A stretch of DNA of 64,000 bases. It comes from Candidatus Poribacteria bacterium (GTDB lineage Bacteria > Poribacteria > WGA-4E > WGA-3G). The translations under genes and the position numbers were made by a program. The notes under the pieces were generated by a model that saw only the letters and a list, made by a program, of their open reading frames with translations, was not told where the DNA came from and did no database searches. The DNA lies in contig OZ244048.1 in the NCBI GenBank assembly GCA_965215265.1, forward strand, positions 608,001 to 672,000, read 5' to 3'. Every line of letters begins with the position of its first letter. Positions within the stretch are counted from its first letter, which is position 1. This document shows positions 50,958 to 61,672 of this stretch, in pieces.

Positions 50958-52901
50958 ATGGAAGCTTCAGAAACTCCCCATATTAGACCTGACAAAAAAA
51001 GCGGAATCACCTTCCGTGCCCTCATCATCGGAACCCTCCTTGTTATAGGCAATGCCTACTGGCTCGCTTACGCAGCGGAGATGATTCAACCGCAGTTCCT
51101 CCTCAACTTCGTCTCTCTCTTCTTCAACGCTATTTTTACCTTATTTGCCGTCATCGCTTTCAATCTATTATGGAAGAGAATAGTACCCCAGAATGCATTA
51201 ACATCGCAGGAACTCCTCGTCATCTACACCATGGTCGTCATGGTATCAACAATCGGCGGGCATTCCATGATGACGTTCCTCATCGGCACACTCGCACATC
51301 CGTTCCGGTTCGCAACCCCTGAAAACGAATGGGCAGACCTGTTCTGGCGATACATTCCAACGTGGTTTGTTCCTGAAAACAGGGCCTTGGATGCCTATTT
51401 TGAAGGCGACTCTACCTTTTATCTCGCGAAGCATCTCCGCGGTTGGATGCTGCCGATACTTGTCTGGACAGGCTTCGTCACCGTACTCTGGTTCACCTTG
51501 ATTTGTCTCAATACCATTATCCGCGTGCAGTGGACGGAACGTGAAAAACTCGCGTATCCGATTATCCAATTGCCACTCCAGATGGCTGCTGGACGCAAAA
51601 GTTTTTACAAAAACGGCACGATGTGGATAGGCTTCTCGGTCGCAGCGTTCATTGAACTGCTCTCTGGACTAAGCTACCTCTTTCCACAGGTCCCATCTAT
51701 CCAACTCAATTACTACTCAATCACGCATCTCTTTACCGACAAACCGTGGAATGCTGTCGGATGGATATCCCTATCAGCGTACCCATTTATCATCGGGTTG
51801 ACGTTCTTTGTGCCGTTGGATATTTCAATGTCGGCGTGGTTTTTCTATCTCTTTGGGAAAGCGGAACGAATAATCCGGTCCGGCATGCTTGGGGAAGGTG
51901 AACTCTATTTCGCAGAGCGTGCCGGCGGTGCATGGCTCGCCGTCGGCATCTTAGCGTTGTGGGGCACACGCCGCCATCTTCGAGATGTCATACAAAACTG
52001 TTTCACAACCAAACGACACTTTGATGATTCAAATGAACCGATGCCGTATCGTGTGGCTGTCGGCGGATTAATATTCGGATGCATTCTGCTCACGCTATTT
52101 TCGATGCAGGCTGGGATGTCCGTGGGCGGTGTCCTCGGTTTTATTATTATTTTTACGTTGATGGCACTCGGCGTAACGCGCGTCCGTGCAGAATTCGGTC
52201 CACCCGCTCATGAAATTCTCGCACTTGACCCCGCCCGGCTCATGGCTGTCACTCTCGGACCACGCCTCGTCGGCACACAGAACTTGACCCTTATTTCATT
52301 CTATTATTGGCTCAATAGACTGAACGTCTCGCACCCGATGCCCAATCAATTGGAAGGTTTCAAACTCGCAGAACGGGCGAACATAAACAGCAGGAAACTG
52401 GTCTGGGTAATGATGTTCGCCATCGTCATCGGCACACTCGCCTCATTCTGGGCATTTCTCTACCTAATGTATGACGCTGGGGCACTAGCAGTACACGGGT
52501 ACATCGTCGGCATCGGCAACGAAGTCTTCGGTAGACGTTTACAACGGTGGATTAACAACCCTACTGGCACTAACTGGGGCGGGACGCAATCCATGGGCAT
52601 CGGGGCTATCATGACATGGCTCCTCTATTTCCTACGACACAAGTTTATTTGGTGGCCCTTCCACCCCATCGGCTACGTCATGACTGCCGCTACATGGGGC
52701 GGACTCGCTGACTTCTGGTTCTCTGTCTTCCTCGGTTGGCTAGTCAAGTTCATTATTATTACTATCTTCGGTTTAAAGGCGCACCAACGGGCAATTCCGT
52801 TTTTTTTAGGGTTAGTCATGGGAGATTATGTGTTTGTTGGACTCTGGGCACTACTCGGCACACTCTTTAATATACCTACTTACGTGCTCTGGTCACCTTA
52901 A
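50958..52901 (+). CDS. Polytopic membrane protein, DUF6785/DUF6784-like (paralog of 10246-12165)
   Basis: QWTEREKLAYPIIQLPL, HPMPNQLEGF, WWPFHPIGY. Confidence 0.75.
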   Translation: MEASETPHIRPDKKSGITFRALIIGTLLVIGNAYWLAYAAEMIQPQFLLNFVSLFFNAIFTLFAVIAFNLLWKRIVPQNALTSQELLVIYTMVVMVSTIGGHSMMTFLIGTLAHPFRFATPENEWADLFWRYIPTWFVPENRALDAYFEGDSTFYLAKHLRGWMLPILVWTGFVTVLWFTLICLNTIIRVQWTEREKLAYPIIQLPLQMAAGRKSFYKNGTMWIGFSVAAFIELLSGLSYLFPQVPSIQLNYYSITHLFTDKPWNAVGWISLSAYPFIIGLTFFVPLDISMSAWFFYLFGKAERIIRSGMLGEGELYFAERAGGAWLAVGILALWGTRRHLRDVIQNCFTTKRHFDDSNEPMPYRVAVGGLIFGCILLTLFSMQAGMSVGGVLGFIIIFTLMALGVTRVRAEFGPPAHEILALDPARLMAVTLGPRLVGTQNLTLISFYYWLNRLNVSHPMPNQLEGFKLAERANINSRKLVWVMMFAIVIGTLASFWAFLYLMYDAGALAVHGYIVGIGNEVFGRRLQRWINNPTGTNWGGTQSMGIGAIMTWLLYFLRHKFIWWPFHPIGYVMTAATWGGLADFWFSVFLGWLVKFIIITIFGLKAHQRAIPFFLGLVMGDYVFVGLWALLGTLFNIPTYVLWSP

Positions 52902-52937
52902 CACCTAGAATATCTTGAAAAAAGTGCCTGCCTACCC

Positions 52938-55900
52938 CTACAGTTCAGGCAAATTCTTCACAAGCTTCACCGTCTCTAGACTCATCGACACAACCCGTCC
53001 GATTAATTCCACAATATATTTCGGGGCATCCGCACGGTTCGGATCGTTTCGAATGCCACTCCGTTTGTCTACCTTCACACGATACCCATCCACTACCCAC
53101 TCCAACGCACTACGCGCACCTAAACGATACGCAAACGCCTCATCCGGAATACCGGCTATCGTCAGGAAGTCGTTGTAGTCCAACTGCGTCTTCTCTTTCG
53201 AGAATCTCATCTTCTCTACGCGCCAATCCCGCTGGACATTAGGTGTCTCAATAAACTGCAAGCCTGCAGATTCGGGCTGCGTTTCATAGTTGACGTGAAG
53301 TTCTGCTAACCGCGCACCAATGTTCACGAACGCCCAGAAATCTGGTGCAAATGGGATGTGAGGTAAATCGCGCTTGAGATTCATCTGATAAGTTTCGCGA
53401 TAGTCCGGCTGATGCAATAGCGCATAGATGTAATGAAAGATGTCCCACTTGCTGATAGTGTCCTCGCCGTAGTGAGTTCTGAACGCTGCCAATGCCCACT
53501 CCGTGATGTTTTCACGGCGGTTGCTGCCGTCCTCGGCGTAGATATAGAAAGGGAAACATTGCGTTTTTTCAAATCCCACATCTAAATTGGGAATCATATT
53601 TGTTGCGAGACAACCAAAGCCTTTCCAATTTCCAACACCCGCTACACAAATTACCTGGTTTTCCTTTTCTGTCTCAGGAGTCGGAAAGATGAAACGAAAG
53701 AGTCCGGGCCGGTCTACTAGCATCCGATCAAAGTAGAGCGCCCGCTTCGTGAAAGGGCGGTAGAGGCATCGCCGCAGTTTTGAGTCATTAAATTCAGCGA
53801 AATGTCCGCTATTCAGATGCCGTTTTAACGTGGAACTCCATTTAATTTTCGTGGCATCAGCATCCACAAAATCATCAACGTTGGCACCTCGAGCGCTCTG
53901 ATGCTGCCACTTGAAAACTTGCATGTTGTAGTTCTCAATCATCCGCTGCATATTTTGAGAGAGCGCTTGGGCGTTGAAGTTGAGGCTCCACGCATCGCGG
54001 TTCGTGCTAATACCGAGGCTGTAAGTTTTGAAAATAACATCCACAGCCTCCCCTTTTGCTTTCTTTGCTTGCTGCGTTCCGAGAGGAATAAAGGTATCAA
54101 ACGCTGCGTTGAGTCCTTCCGTGAGCCACGTGTATCGGGCATCCGGGGCGATGGTTTGCCACTCAATATTCCCAGCATGTTGGCGTTCATTCAGAAAATC
54201 AAACTTCCGTTGTCTGTTCCACAGTTCATCGAGGCGATGGTAACAGATACGGCAGGGCTCCGGTGATTTTTGATGTTTCTTCACAAACAGGTTGATACTG
54301 ACACCGACCTGGATTCCGAATACATTTGTGTCAGAGACCTTTAAGCCTCGCCTCGCATTGCCCCCCAAGTCCAGAACATAGAGCGCATCGCAGTCGGCCG
54401 CGAGGTGTTTCCGCATCCCGTCGAAAGCCAATCCGTCAAGGAAGCTATTGTTCGTTATCAAGGCGACAATACCTTCATCGCCTATCCTATCCAACCCCCA
54501 TCGAATTGCCTTCACATACGGGTCATACAGCTTATTTTTTAGGGCCGCCTTAGAATCCTTGGCGTATGTCTCTGCGATGCGTTTATCCATCGCCGGATAC
54601 TGCCGATTTTTGTTGTTATCGTTCTCATTCACCTGGCCAGCGTTGTAGGGCGGATTCCCGAGAACTACAAACATCTCCGACGCTTTCTGACGCTCCACCC
54701 GGGCCGTGTTTTCACGCGTGAAGAGTTGCGCCTGCTCTGATTCAAGCAACTCAAACGTATCAACAAGGCAGATGCCTTCAAACGGCAGGTATTCACCCGT
54801 CCGGCGGAAATATTCATGCTCTATGTTCAAACTGGAGATGTAATACGGCAACAGCATCAACTCGTTGCAGTGGAGTTCCGCACGGTATTTCTCCTCCAAC
54901 ATTGTGCCCTCAATATCTTGCATCAGACGCACGATGAAGTTGCCGGTACCGACGAACGGGTCGATGATGTGAACACCCGGCTCGGAAAGCGAGCGGTTAA
55001 ACTCGGTTTCTAAGAGGTATTCCACACTTTTCACCATGAAATCGACTATCGGTTGCGGCGTATAGACAATCCCATGCGTATCCGCAACTTCTATGGAGAA
55101 TCCTTGGAAAAACTGTTCATAAACCGTGTTCAAGAAGTGTTGTTTTTGGGAGAAATCCGTGCAGAGCGTAGCCGCTTGCTCAATCGCACGATAGAACGGC
55201 TCAAGACGCCGCATGAAGCCGTCTCGACTGAAAGCGTGGTGCGTGAGTGCATCAATAACGGTTTCAATGTCGCGGGCGATGATATTTCTGCGTGTAAAAT
55301 CCGGATTATCAAAGACGGTGCGGAAAATGCGTTCTGTGAGCAGGTGTTGGATGAGCATCTCTTCCACTGCGGCTTTAGACAGATTCGGATTGATTGATGC
55401 GCGGCACTGCCGGTAAAAATCGGCAAAGGCGCTGGTGAAGCGTGTATTGGTTTGGTGCTGTTGCCGGATGAGTTGAGCGAGTTCTCGCCCGAGCGCAGGG
55501 ACCTTCTCTTTGAATGCAGAAACAGCGGCGTGCCACTTCTCAATCGCGGCAAACGGCTCTGAAAACAGACGATGCACTGCCTCAAGGAGCGAGTCAGGCT
55601 GCGTCATGTCTACGTCAAGCACTCTCTGGTTGTTCTGATAGAGGACACCGCGCTGCGGCGTGTAGAAGAAGATATTAGATGTCGGGTAACCCGCGTCAAT
55701 CTTTCGTGTAATTTCACGTTCCAGATCATCTGCCATGTCTTTCGCTTCACAATAAGCGAAGGGGAGTTCGTATTCGTCAAGAATCGCACCGTCAAGCACG
55801 ATACGGTTTCCGCGTTCCGTACGCATAGCATATTGCGGCACAAATACCGCCTCTACCTGTCGCGCACACGTTTGCAGCAGCGTCCCCAGCGGAATACTCA

Positions 55901-56000
55901 CCGCACCTTCGTGAACGATGTGGCTCTGTTCGTAGCGTTCCAGCGTCGTGTAGTAGTCGCGCACAGATTTACTGTTGGAGTTCAGACTCAAGTTTTGCAT
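52938..56000 (-). CDS. Single-chain R-M enzyme: N6-adenine methyltransferase with type ISP-like C-terminal specificity domain, no helicase
   Basis: N-terminal LDGA..EAK nuclease-like motif, GIVYTPQPIVDFM, IDPFVGTGNF, GNPPY, C-terminal YRLGARSALEWVVD..DKRSGI.NDPN. Confidence 0.85.
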   Translation of the reverse strand: MQNLSLNSNSKSVRDYYTTLERYEQSHIVHEGAVSIPLGTLLQTCARQVEAVFVPQYAMRTERGNRIVLDGAILDEYELPFAYCEAKDMADDLEREITRKIDAGYPTSNIFFYTPQRGVLYQNNQRVLDVDMTQPDSLLEAVHRLFSEPFAAIEKWHAAVSAFKEKVPALGRELAQLIRQQHQTNTRFTSAFADFYRQCRASINPNLSKAAVEEMLIQHLLTERIFRTVFDNPDFTRRNIIARDIETVIDALTHHAFSRDGFMRRLEPFYRAIEQAATLCTDFSQKQHFLNTVYEQFFQGFSIEVADTHGIVYTPQPIVDFMVKSVEYLLETEFNRSLSEPGVHIIDPFVGTGNFIVRLMQDIEGTMLEEKYRAELHCNELMLLPYYISSLNIEHEYFRRTGEYLPFEGICLVDTFELLESEQAQLFTRENTARVERQKASEMFVVLGNPPYNAGQVNENDNNKNRQYPAMDKRIAETYAKDSKAALKNKLYDPYVKAIRWGLDRIGDEGIVALITNNSFLDGLAFDGMRKHLAADCDALYVLDLGGNARRGLKVSDTNVFGIQVGVSINLFVKKHQKSPEPCRICYHRLDELWNRQRKFDFLNERQHAGNIEWQTIAPDARYTWLTEGLNAAFDTFIPLGTQQAKKAKGEAVDVIFKTYSLGISTNRDAWSLNFNAQALSQNMQRMIENYNMQVFKWQHQSARGANVDDFVDADATKIKWSSTLKRHLNSGHFAEFNDSKLRRCLYRPFTKRALYFDRMLVDRPGLFRFIFPTPETEKENQVICVAGVGNWKGFGCLATNMIPNLDVGFEKTQCFPFYIYAEDGSNRRENITEWALAAFRTHYGEDTISKWDIFHYIYALLHQPDYRETYQMNLKRDLPHIPFAPDFWAFVNIGARLAELHVNYETQPESAGLQFIETPNVQRDWRVEKMRFSKEKTQLDYNDFLTIAGIPDEAFAYRLGARSALEWVVDGYRVKVDKRSGIRNDPNRADAPKYIVELIGRVVSMSLETVKLVKNLPEL

Positions 56001-56499
56001 GCCTTTATGATAGCAGAATTCAAAACAAATAGCAAGCCGATTTTCCTCTGTGAAGGTGAAAATCAAACTTTTCGGGTTTGAAAATTTGTTTGAAAAATTA
56101 CGTATTTTCTTTTACAATACGTATAGGATTCTTTATTTTTCCCTTTTCATAAAATCCCCCTCTCTTTTGAATGTGAAAATGAAACGTTACCTGCCACAAC
56201 TGCCTTTATTGTGCTAAAAGAGACTAAAAATCTCGTCGCCCGCCCACCCAAATCCTTTCTCTCTTTAGATTCATAGCATCAGAACCCTCTGGCGAGATTT
56301 GTGCTCCCACCCACCCAATTCCTTTCAAAACATAAATAGTTGTTGGGCTGAAAGAGACGAAAAAACGAGATTTACACAGTTGTTGACACAACATCAGCCG
56401 TTGATGGGCTGAAAGAGACGAATTAGTTGATAAGCGACTGAGAATGACAAAACGAACGTATTTGCGAAGAAATTGGCAGAACATGTGAATCTCATTTTT

Positions 56500-57810
56500 T
56501 CAGAATCCGCGTGCCTCGGAAGAGACAACCTCTGCAATTGCTGCGAACACTGCGTCTACATCCGATTCTTCAAGACACGAATACGCAATCCGTAATTCAG
56601 ATTCGCCCAATGCAATTGTGCCGATGCCATGCTCGGAGAGCAGTCTTTGTCGAACAACCTCAGCGTTCGCTGATTTCAGATGCAAACAGGCGAAATAGCC
56701 AGCGTGAAACGGATAGAGTTCCCAAAGGGCTGTGTACCGTTTCTCCGATGCAACTTGCTTGACTTTCAATGCACGCATCTTGAGAATTTCGTAGTTTTGC
56801 TGTTTTTGTGTCGAGTAGCCACGGGCATTCATTGCTTGTAGAATAAGCGTTTGTGAAACTTGAGCCGCGCCGGATGTATTTGCACGAATCAGTCCACTCA
56901 GTTTTTGCTCAAGCGGAGACATAACAGTTTGAGCGAGTCCGAAAGTTAAAAACCCAACCCGCAAGCCCCAAGCGTATTCCTCTTTCGTGGCACCGTCTAT
57001 TTTTACGGGCACGACTTTCGAATGGCAGCCTGCCAACAAACCGAAAATCGATTCGTGCATCACTGATTCGTCATACCAGAAGCCTGCGTATGCATCGTCA
57101 ACCATAACCAGGATGTGATGGCCAGCATCGGCACACTCCAAAATCGCCTCCACGAGTTGTTTTGCCTCGGCGCGAGTGATGGCATAGCCGGTCGGGTTAT
57201 GCGGAAAATTCACGAGGAGGAGAAGTTTTCCTTTTTTCTGTTTAGACAACGTCTCGCGGAGGCCGTGTATGTTAAAACGTTTCGCGGGGCTATAAAACGG
57301 GTAGGTTTGTATGTTCGCTCGTGCCTTCGTTTCAAAGATGAGTCGATAATTACCCCAGATTTTATCAGGTAGAATGAGCGTATCGCCACTATCCACAAAA
57401 AGTTCAGCGAGCAGACTAAATCCATGCGTTATGCCACTTGTCACGATTGGCAGGCTAAGTGCTGTCTTTGCAAGTGATGGGTTCGTTGCACGCAGATTTG
57501 CTGCCCATTTCTGCCGTAGTTCTAGTTGACCCAGCACTTGCGCGTACCCATACACGTTTTCAATTGAAAGCTCCGGTACTAACTCACGTGAAACAGCGAG
57601 GTGCATCAGTTTTGCATCTTTGAGTGCAACAGCTCGCGTCGCATTGAAACGGGATGCCCGTTCATTCGCTTCAGCACTTTGGCTCAAGATGCCCTTCGGA
57701 AGATAAATGCGTTTTCCTAACTCGGAAAGTAGTGCGAAAACAACTGGGGCATCTGTGCGAAGTTTTTCGTTTAATTCAACGGCTAAAGGACTTTCTTTCT
57801 GTTTCAGCAT
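56500..57810 (-). CDS. Class I/II PLP aminotransferase
   Basis: NFPHNPTGY, DDAY, DGATKEEYAWGLRVG. Confidence 0.88.
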   Translation of the reverse strand: MLKQKESPLAVELNEKLRTDAPVVFALLSELGKRIYLPKGILSQSAEANERASRFNATRAVALKDAKLMHLAVSRELVPELSIENVYGYAQVLGQLELRQKWAANLRATNPSLAKTALSLPIVTSGITHGFSLLAELFVDSGDTLILPDKIWGNYRLIFETKARANIQTYPFYSPAKRFNIHGLRETLSKQKKGKLLLLVNFPHNPTGYAITRAEAKQLVEAILECADAGHHILVMVDDAYAGFWYDESVMHESIFGLLAGCHSKVVPVKIDGATKEEYAWGLRVGFLTFGLAQTVMSPLEQKLSGLIRANTSGAAQVSQTLILQAMNARGYSTQKQQNYEILKMRALKVKQVASEKRYTALWELYPFHAGYFACLHLKSANAEVVRQRLLSEHGIGTIALGESELRIAYSCLEESDVDAVFAAIAEVVSSEARGF

Positions 57811-58006
57811 CGTTATGTTTTTGAGGGAATACCTTTTAGGTATCTATTCATATAAAGATTGACGGATTAACTGCAATTCACGATAATTTTAATTATGCAT
57901 TTCTGGCCACTTTATGTCAACCAATTTTGTCAATTTTGCGTCTTAAATACAAATCGCGCTTGCAAGCGGCATATCAAAAAAATTTAATAGCAGAAAAGAG
58001 CCATTC

Positions 58007-59101
58007 ATGAAAATTCTTCTTAAAAGCATTACATTGGCGATTGTCTTTGTTATCATTATCGGTTTCTTCTTATGTATATATATCCTGCAAGCACCGCCGG
58101 TTGAGCAATCGCGCGTTTCAAAGATACAAATGCACACACGAACGGGCCTGCGAGGCAATCCGAGGCTGGATTCAAAACCGATTGCCTATACCAAAGATGT
58201 GTACCGTTTCAGCTGCAATCCAAAATACATCAGCAACCTAAACAGTGGCAACCTTTCTACGAAACTTCTGTTTAGTGCGGATTTGGCGCATCGTGCAAGG
58301 CTGAAGGCAAAACGTTTAGACGAGGAATTGAAAACCGCGACTGATTGGGCGAAGATGTTCTCCGGTTTAACAGAGAACGTCCGGTTTGATTCACATTCCC
58401 ATGTGCTTGAGGTATTACTCAGCGGTGAAGAATGGTTCCTGACAGACAGTGCAGGTGCTGGATATAAGATTGTTAGAACACAAAATCGGGTGGATGTCTA
58501 TCTCCCTAATCTCAAAGAAATTTTTGAAACAAATAACGTCCGGCTTTCTCAAAATACCCAAACTTCTATCCAAAAAGAAGGAAGACAGTGGCTCATCAAA
58601 GATATAGATTATATACAAACTTATGTCATAAAATTAGGCAGAGGAAAGTTAAATGTCTACCAGCAATCCAAGTATGAGATTCTGGAGTTGCTGTTTGATA
58701 TTAAGTTAGCATCAAAGCCTGCTTTAGCGGCATCACTTATTCAGATCGGTTCGGAGTCTACACCTAATGTTCCGGTAGATTTGTACGAGATATTTGCTAA
58801 TCAGAAGATAGCATTGACCCGGGAAGCAAAGTTCTCGGTAATTGAGCCGCGGACTAACTGGTTGATAACCGATTCCCCCCAAAAATATCGCATCGAAAAA
58901 AACAACGGTAGATTGATGGGTTATCTTGAGTTGGAGAGTAAATGGCTCCGTATTCGCGTAGATGATAGCATCCAAGGGTGGGTCCAACGTGAACGCGGGA
59001 CGGTTTTCCCACCTCCTCTCATACAACTCAGCTCACGCCAGCAAGCAAAACAAAGGTTGCTCCTGCTTGTTGAGAAATGGAAAGAAAAAATTAACCGGTG
59101 A
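58007..59101 (+). CDS. Hypothetical membrane-anchored protein
   Basis: N-terminal TM; C-terminal WLRIRV..IQGWV resembles the end of a bacterial SH3 domain. Confidence 0.6.
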   Translation: MKILLKSITLAIVFVIIIGFFLCIYILQAPPVEQSRVSKIQMHTRTGLRGNPRLDSKPIAYTKDVYRFSCNPKYISNLNSGNLSTKLLFSADLAHRARLKAKRLDEELKTATDWAKMFSGLTENVRFDSHSHVLEVLLSGEEWFLTDSAGAGYKIVRTQNRVDVYLPNLKEIFETNNVRLSQNTQTSIQKEGRQWLIKDIDYIQTYVIKLGRGKLNVYQQSKYEILELLFDIKLASKPALAASLIQIGSESTPNVPVDLYEIFANQKIALTREAKFSVIEPRTNWLITDSPQKYRIEKNNGRLMGYLELESKWLRIRVDDSIQGWVQRERGTVFPPPLIQLSSRQQAKQRLLLLVEKWKEKINR

Positions 59102-59105
59102 GCAT

Positions 59106-60293
59106 GTGAAAATTCTTTTTTTATCCACTACTATGCCGTTTCCACTAATAGATGGAGGGCGAATTCGAGTTTTTAACCTACTTAAACAACTTGCGCAGAA
59201 AAGTGATGTCACCCTGCTTGCCTTAGAGACACAACCGGCTGATGTTAAAAACATCACTTTTCTTGAGCGTATCGGCATTCAGGTTATTCTTGTGCCTAAC
59301 GTTTCAGTACCGCCCCTTATATCGTTACGCACCCTCTTTACAGCATTGTTGAAAAAAGAACCGATTACCATTACCCGGTACAACGTCCGTGCCTACCGCC
59401 AGAAATTCAGAGAATTAATCGCGACTGAAGCGTTTGATCTGGTTCACTATGAAATGTTGCATACCGCCCAATTTTATGGAGAGACTGATTTACCGAGTCT
59501 GCTTTCGCAGCAGAACGTTGACTCGGCTATTTGGCGACGGCTCGCCCAGGAAACTGGCAACCCGGTTCGGAAATTCTTGTATTGGACGCAGCAATGTGCT
59601 TTTGAACGTTACGAGCGGAAGATGATTCCGAATTTTGACGTTATTGCATGCGCCTCGGAAATAGACCAGGCGTACTTCCAGCGAACGTGCCCACAATCCC
59701 GCATTGAGGTTATTCCGAACGGCGTAGATGTTCAAAACTACCAGCCGGATTTCGCGAGCCGAGCAGAAATGCAACTGATGTACATCGGAAGCATGGATTG
59801 GTATCCGAACGAGGATGCTGTTTTCTTCTTTGCTAACGAAGTGTTGCCGAAAATTCACAAAAAACTGCCCAACGTCACATTTTCGGCTGTCGGCAGTAAC
59901 CCTTCTATGCGCCTGCAGAAATTAGCGAACAATAGACAAATTATTGTCACTGGACGGGTGCCTGAAATTAAGCCTTATTTTGCACAGACGACAGTTTTTG
60001 TCGTGCCACTCCGAATCGGAAGCGGCACACGTCTCAAAATCCTTGAGGCTTTGGCGATGGGCAAAGCGGTGGTTTCAACCTCCGTCGGCGCGGAGGGATT
60101 AGACTTAGTTAGCGGCGAAGAGATTTTTATCGCTGATGAACCTGAAGCCTTCGCGGAAGCAGTCCTTCGTTTGCTCACAACGCCATCGCTCCGCCAGAGG
60201 ATAGGCGAAAACGGTCGCGTGCGTGTGGTAAAAGACTACGATTGGCGTAGCATCGGCGCAAAAGTTTATACGTTCTACGAGTCTATCCTTTAA
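59106..60293 (+). CDS. GT4 glycosyltransferase
   Basis: PFPLIDGGRIR, IPNGVD, GSGTRLKILEALAMG; GTG start inferred. Confidence 0.9.
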   Translation: MKILFLSTTMPFPLIDGGRIRVFNLLKQLAQKSDVTLLALETQPADVKNITFLERIGIQVILVPNVSVPPLISLRTLFTALLKKEPITITRYNVRAYRQKFRELIATEAFDLVHYEMLHTAQFYGETDLPSLLSQQNVDSAIWRRLAQETGNPVRKFLYWTQQCAFERYERKMIPNFDVIACASEIDQAYFQRTCPQSRIEVIPNGVDVQNYQPDFASRAEMQLMYIGSMDWYPNEDAVFFFANEVLPKIHKKLPNVTFSAVGSNPSMRLQKLANNRQIIVTGRVPEIKPYFAQTTVFVVPLRIGSGTRLKILEALAMGKAVVSTSVGAEGLDLVSGEEIFIADEPEAFAEAVLRLLTTPSLRQRIGENGRVRVVKDYDWRSIGAKVYTFYESIL

Positions 60294-60370
60294 AGCGAAA
60301 AACGACTTGCATGTCTATTCTACTTTTGGTAAAATGGCTCATCATTACTTAGATAAAAGGAAAGAAAGCC

Positions 60371-61630
60371 ATGGCACTTCCAAAAATGACAAGGATTCAA
60401 CAGCGGTTTGAGGCACCTTTGCTCACGAACCTACCGGAAGCAATTCACACAGAATTAGACCGGATTAACGTATCCGCGATTGTGCGTCCCGGGGATACTG
60501 TCGCTATAACAGCCGGTAGCCGCGGCGTGGCGAATGTCGCTACGGCTGTCAAAGCAACCGCGGATTACCTTAAAACCATCAGGGCGAAACCGTTTGTTGT
60601 CCCGGCAATGGGGAGCCACGGCGGTGCAACCCCGGAAGGACAACGAAACGTCCTTGAACACTACGGCATCACCGAAGCAACCATCGGTGTCCCTGTGAAA
60701 GCAACAATGGACGTTGTGGAACTCGGAAAAACAGCTGCCGGCTTGCCTGTTTTCCTTGACCGATACGCTGCTGAAGCAGACCACGTTGTACCGCTCAATC
60801 GAATTAAGGCGCATACAGATTTTAACGGCTCTATTGAGAGCGGGCTCATGAAAATGCTGGTCATCGGGCTCAGCAAACAGCAGGGCGCGAATCTCTATCA
60901 CCGTGCGTTCTTTCAATACGGATTTGAGAACGTTATTACAACTGTCGGAGGATTTATGCTTGACACCGGGCGAATTGCTTTCGGCATAGGACTCATAGAA
61001 AACGCGCACGAGGAAACCGCAAAAGCTATCGCAATACGTGCCGGACAACTTCTCCCAACTGAACGTGAACTGCTTGTCGAGGCGAAAACTCTGATGGGGA
61101 GACTCCCTTTCGATCAGCTAGATCTGTTGATTGTTGATTGGACCGGCAAAAACATCAGCGGTACCGGCATGGATACCAACGTTATTGGCAGAATGATGCA
61201 GAACTTTGAACCTGAACCCGTAAAACCGGCGATCCTACGGATATTTGTCCGTGACCTAACTCCGGAAAGCGATGGAAACGCAACTGGAATTGGATTGGCG
61301 GATTTCACAACGACGCGCCTTGTTAATCAAATTGACCGGCACGCAACTTATATGAACGGTATCACCGCACTCGGTCCGCAGAAATCGAAGATTCCGTTCT
61401 ACTATGATACTGACAACGAAGCGATTGAGGTGGCACTCCACACCATCGGTCTCACCGAACCCGAAGATGCACGGGTTATCCGGATTGAGAGCACGCTACG
61501 ATTAACAGAACTTGATATATCTGAAGTACTCCTTGAGGAGGCACAACTCCATTCAAACTTGGAGGTTATCGGAGAAACCAAATCCTTTGAATTTGATGCA
61601 GCTGGGAACTTGCTGCCATTTTCTACTTAG
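60371..61630 (+). CDS. Lactate racemase N-terminal-domain (LarA/DUF2088-like) protein
   Basis: VAITAGSRG, VPAMGSHGGAT, NRIKAHT, GKNISGTGMDTNVIGR. Confidence 0.75.
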   Translation: MALPKMTRIQQRFEAPLLTNLPEAIHTELDRINVSAIVRPGDTVAITAGSRGVANVATAVKATADYLKTIRAKPFVVPAMGSHGGATPEGQRNVLEHYGITEATIGVPVKATMDVVELGKTAAGLPVFLDRYAAEADHVVPLNRIKAHTDFNGSIESGLMKMLVIGLSKQQGANLYHRAFFQYGFENVITTVGGFMLDTGRIAFGIGLIENAHEETAKAIAIRAGQLLPTERELLVEAKTLMGRLPFDQLDLLIVDWTGKNISGTGMDTNVIGRMMQNFEPEPVKPAILRIFVRDLTPESDGNATGIGLADFTTTRLVNQIDRHATYMNGITALGPQKSKIPFYYDTDNEAIEVALHTIGLTEPEDARVIRIESTLRLTELDISEVLLEEAQLHSNLEVIGETKSFEFDAAGNLLPFST

Positions 61631-61672
61631 ACACATGCATGTTGAGAACAGTTTCAGTAATGGAGGGAAGCA

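Noticed and set aside
8585-61630. larB and LarA-like gene as one nickel-pincer operon
   Set aside because: They are more than 50 kb apart and larC/larE are not in the window; a functional link is possible but not supported here.
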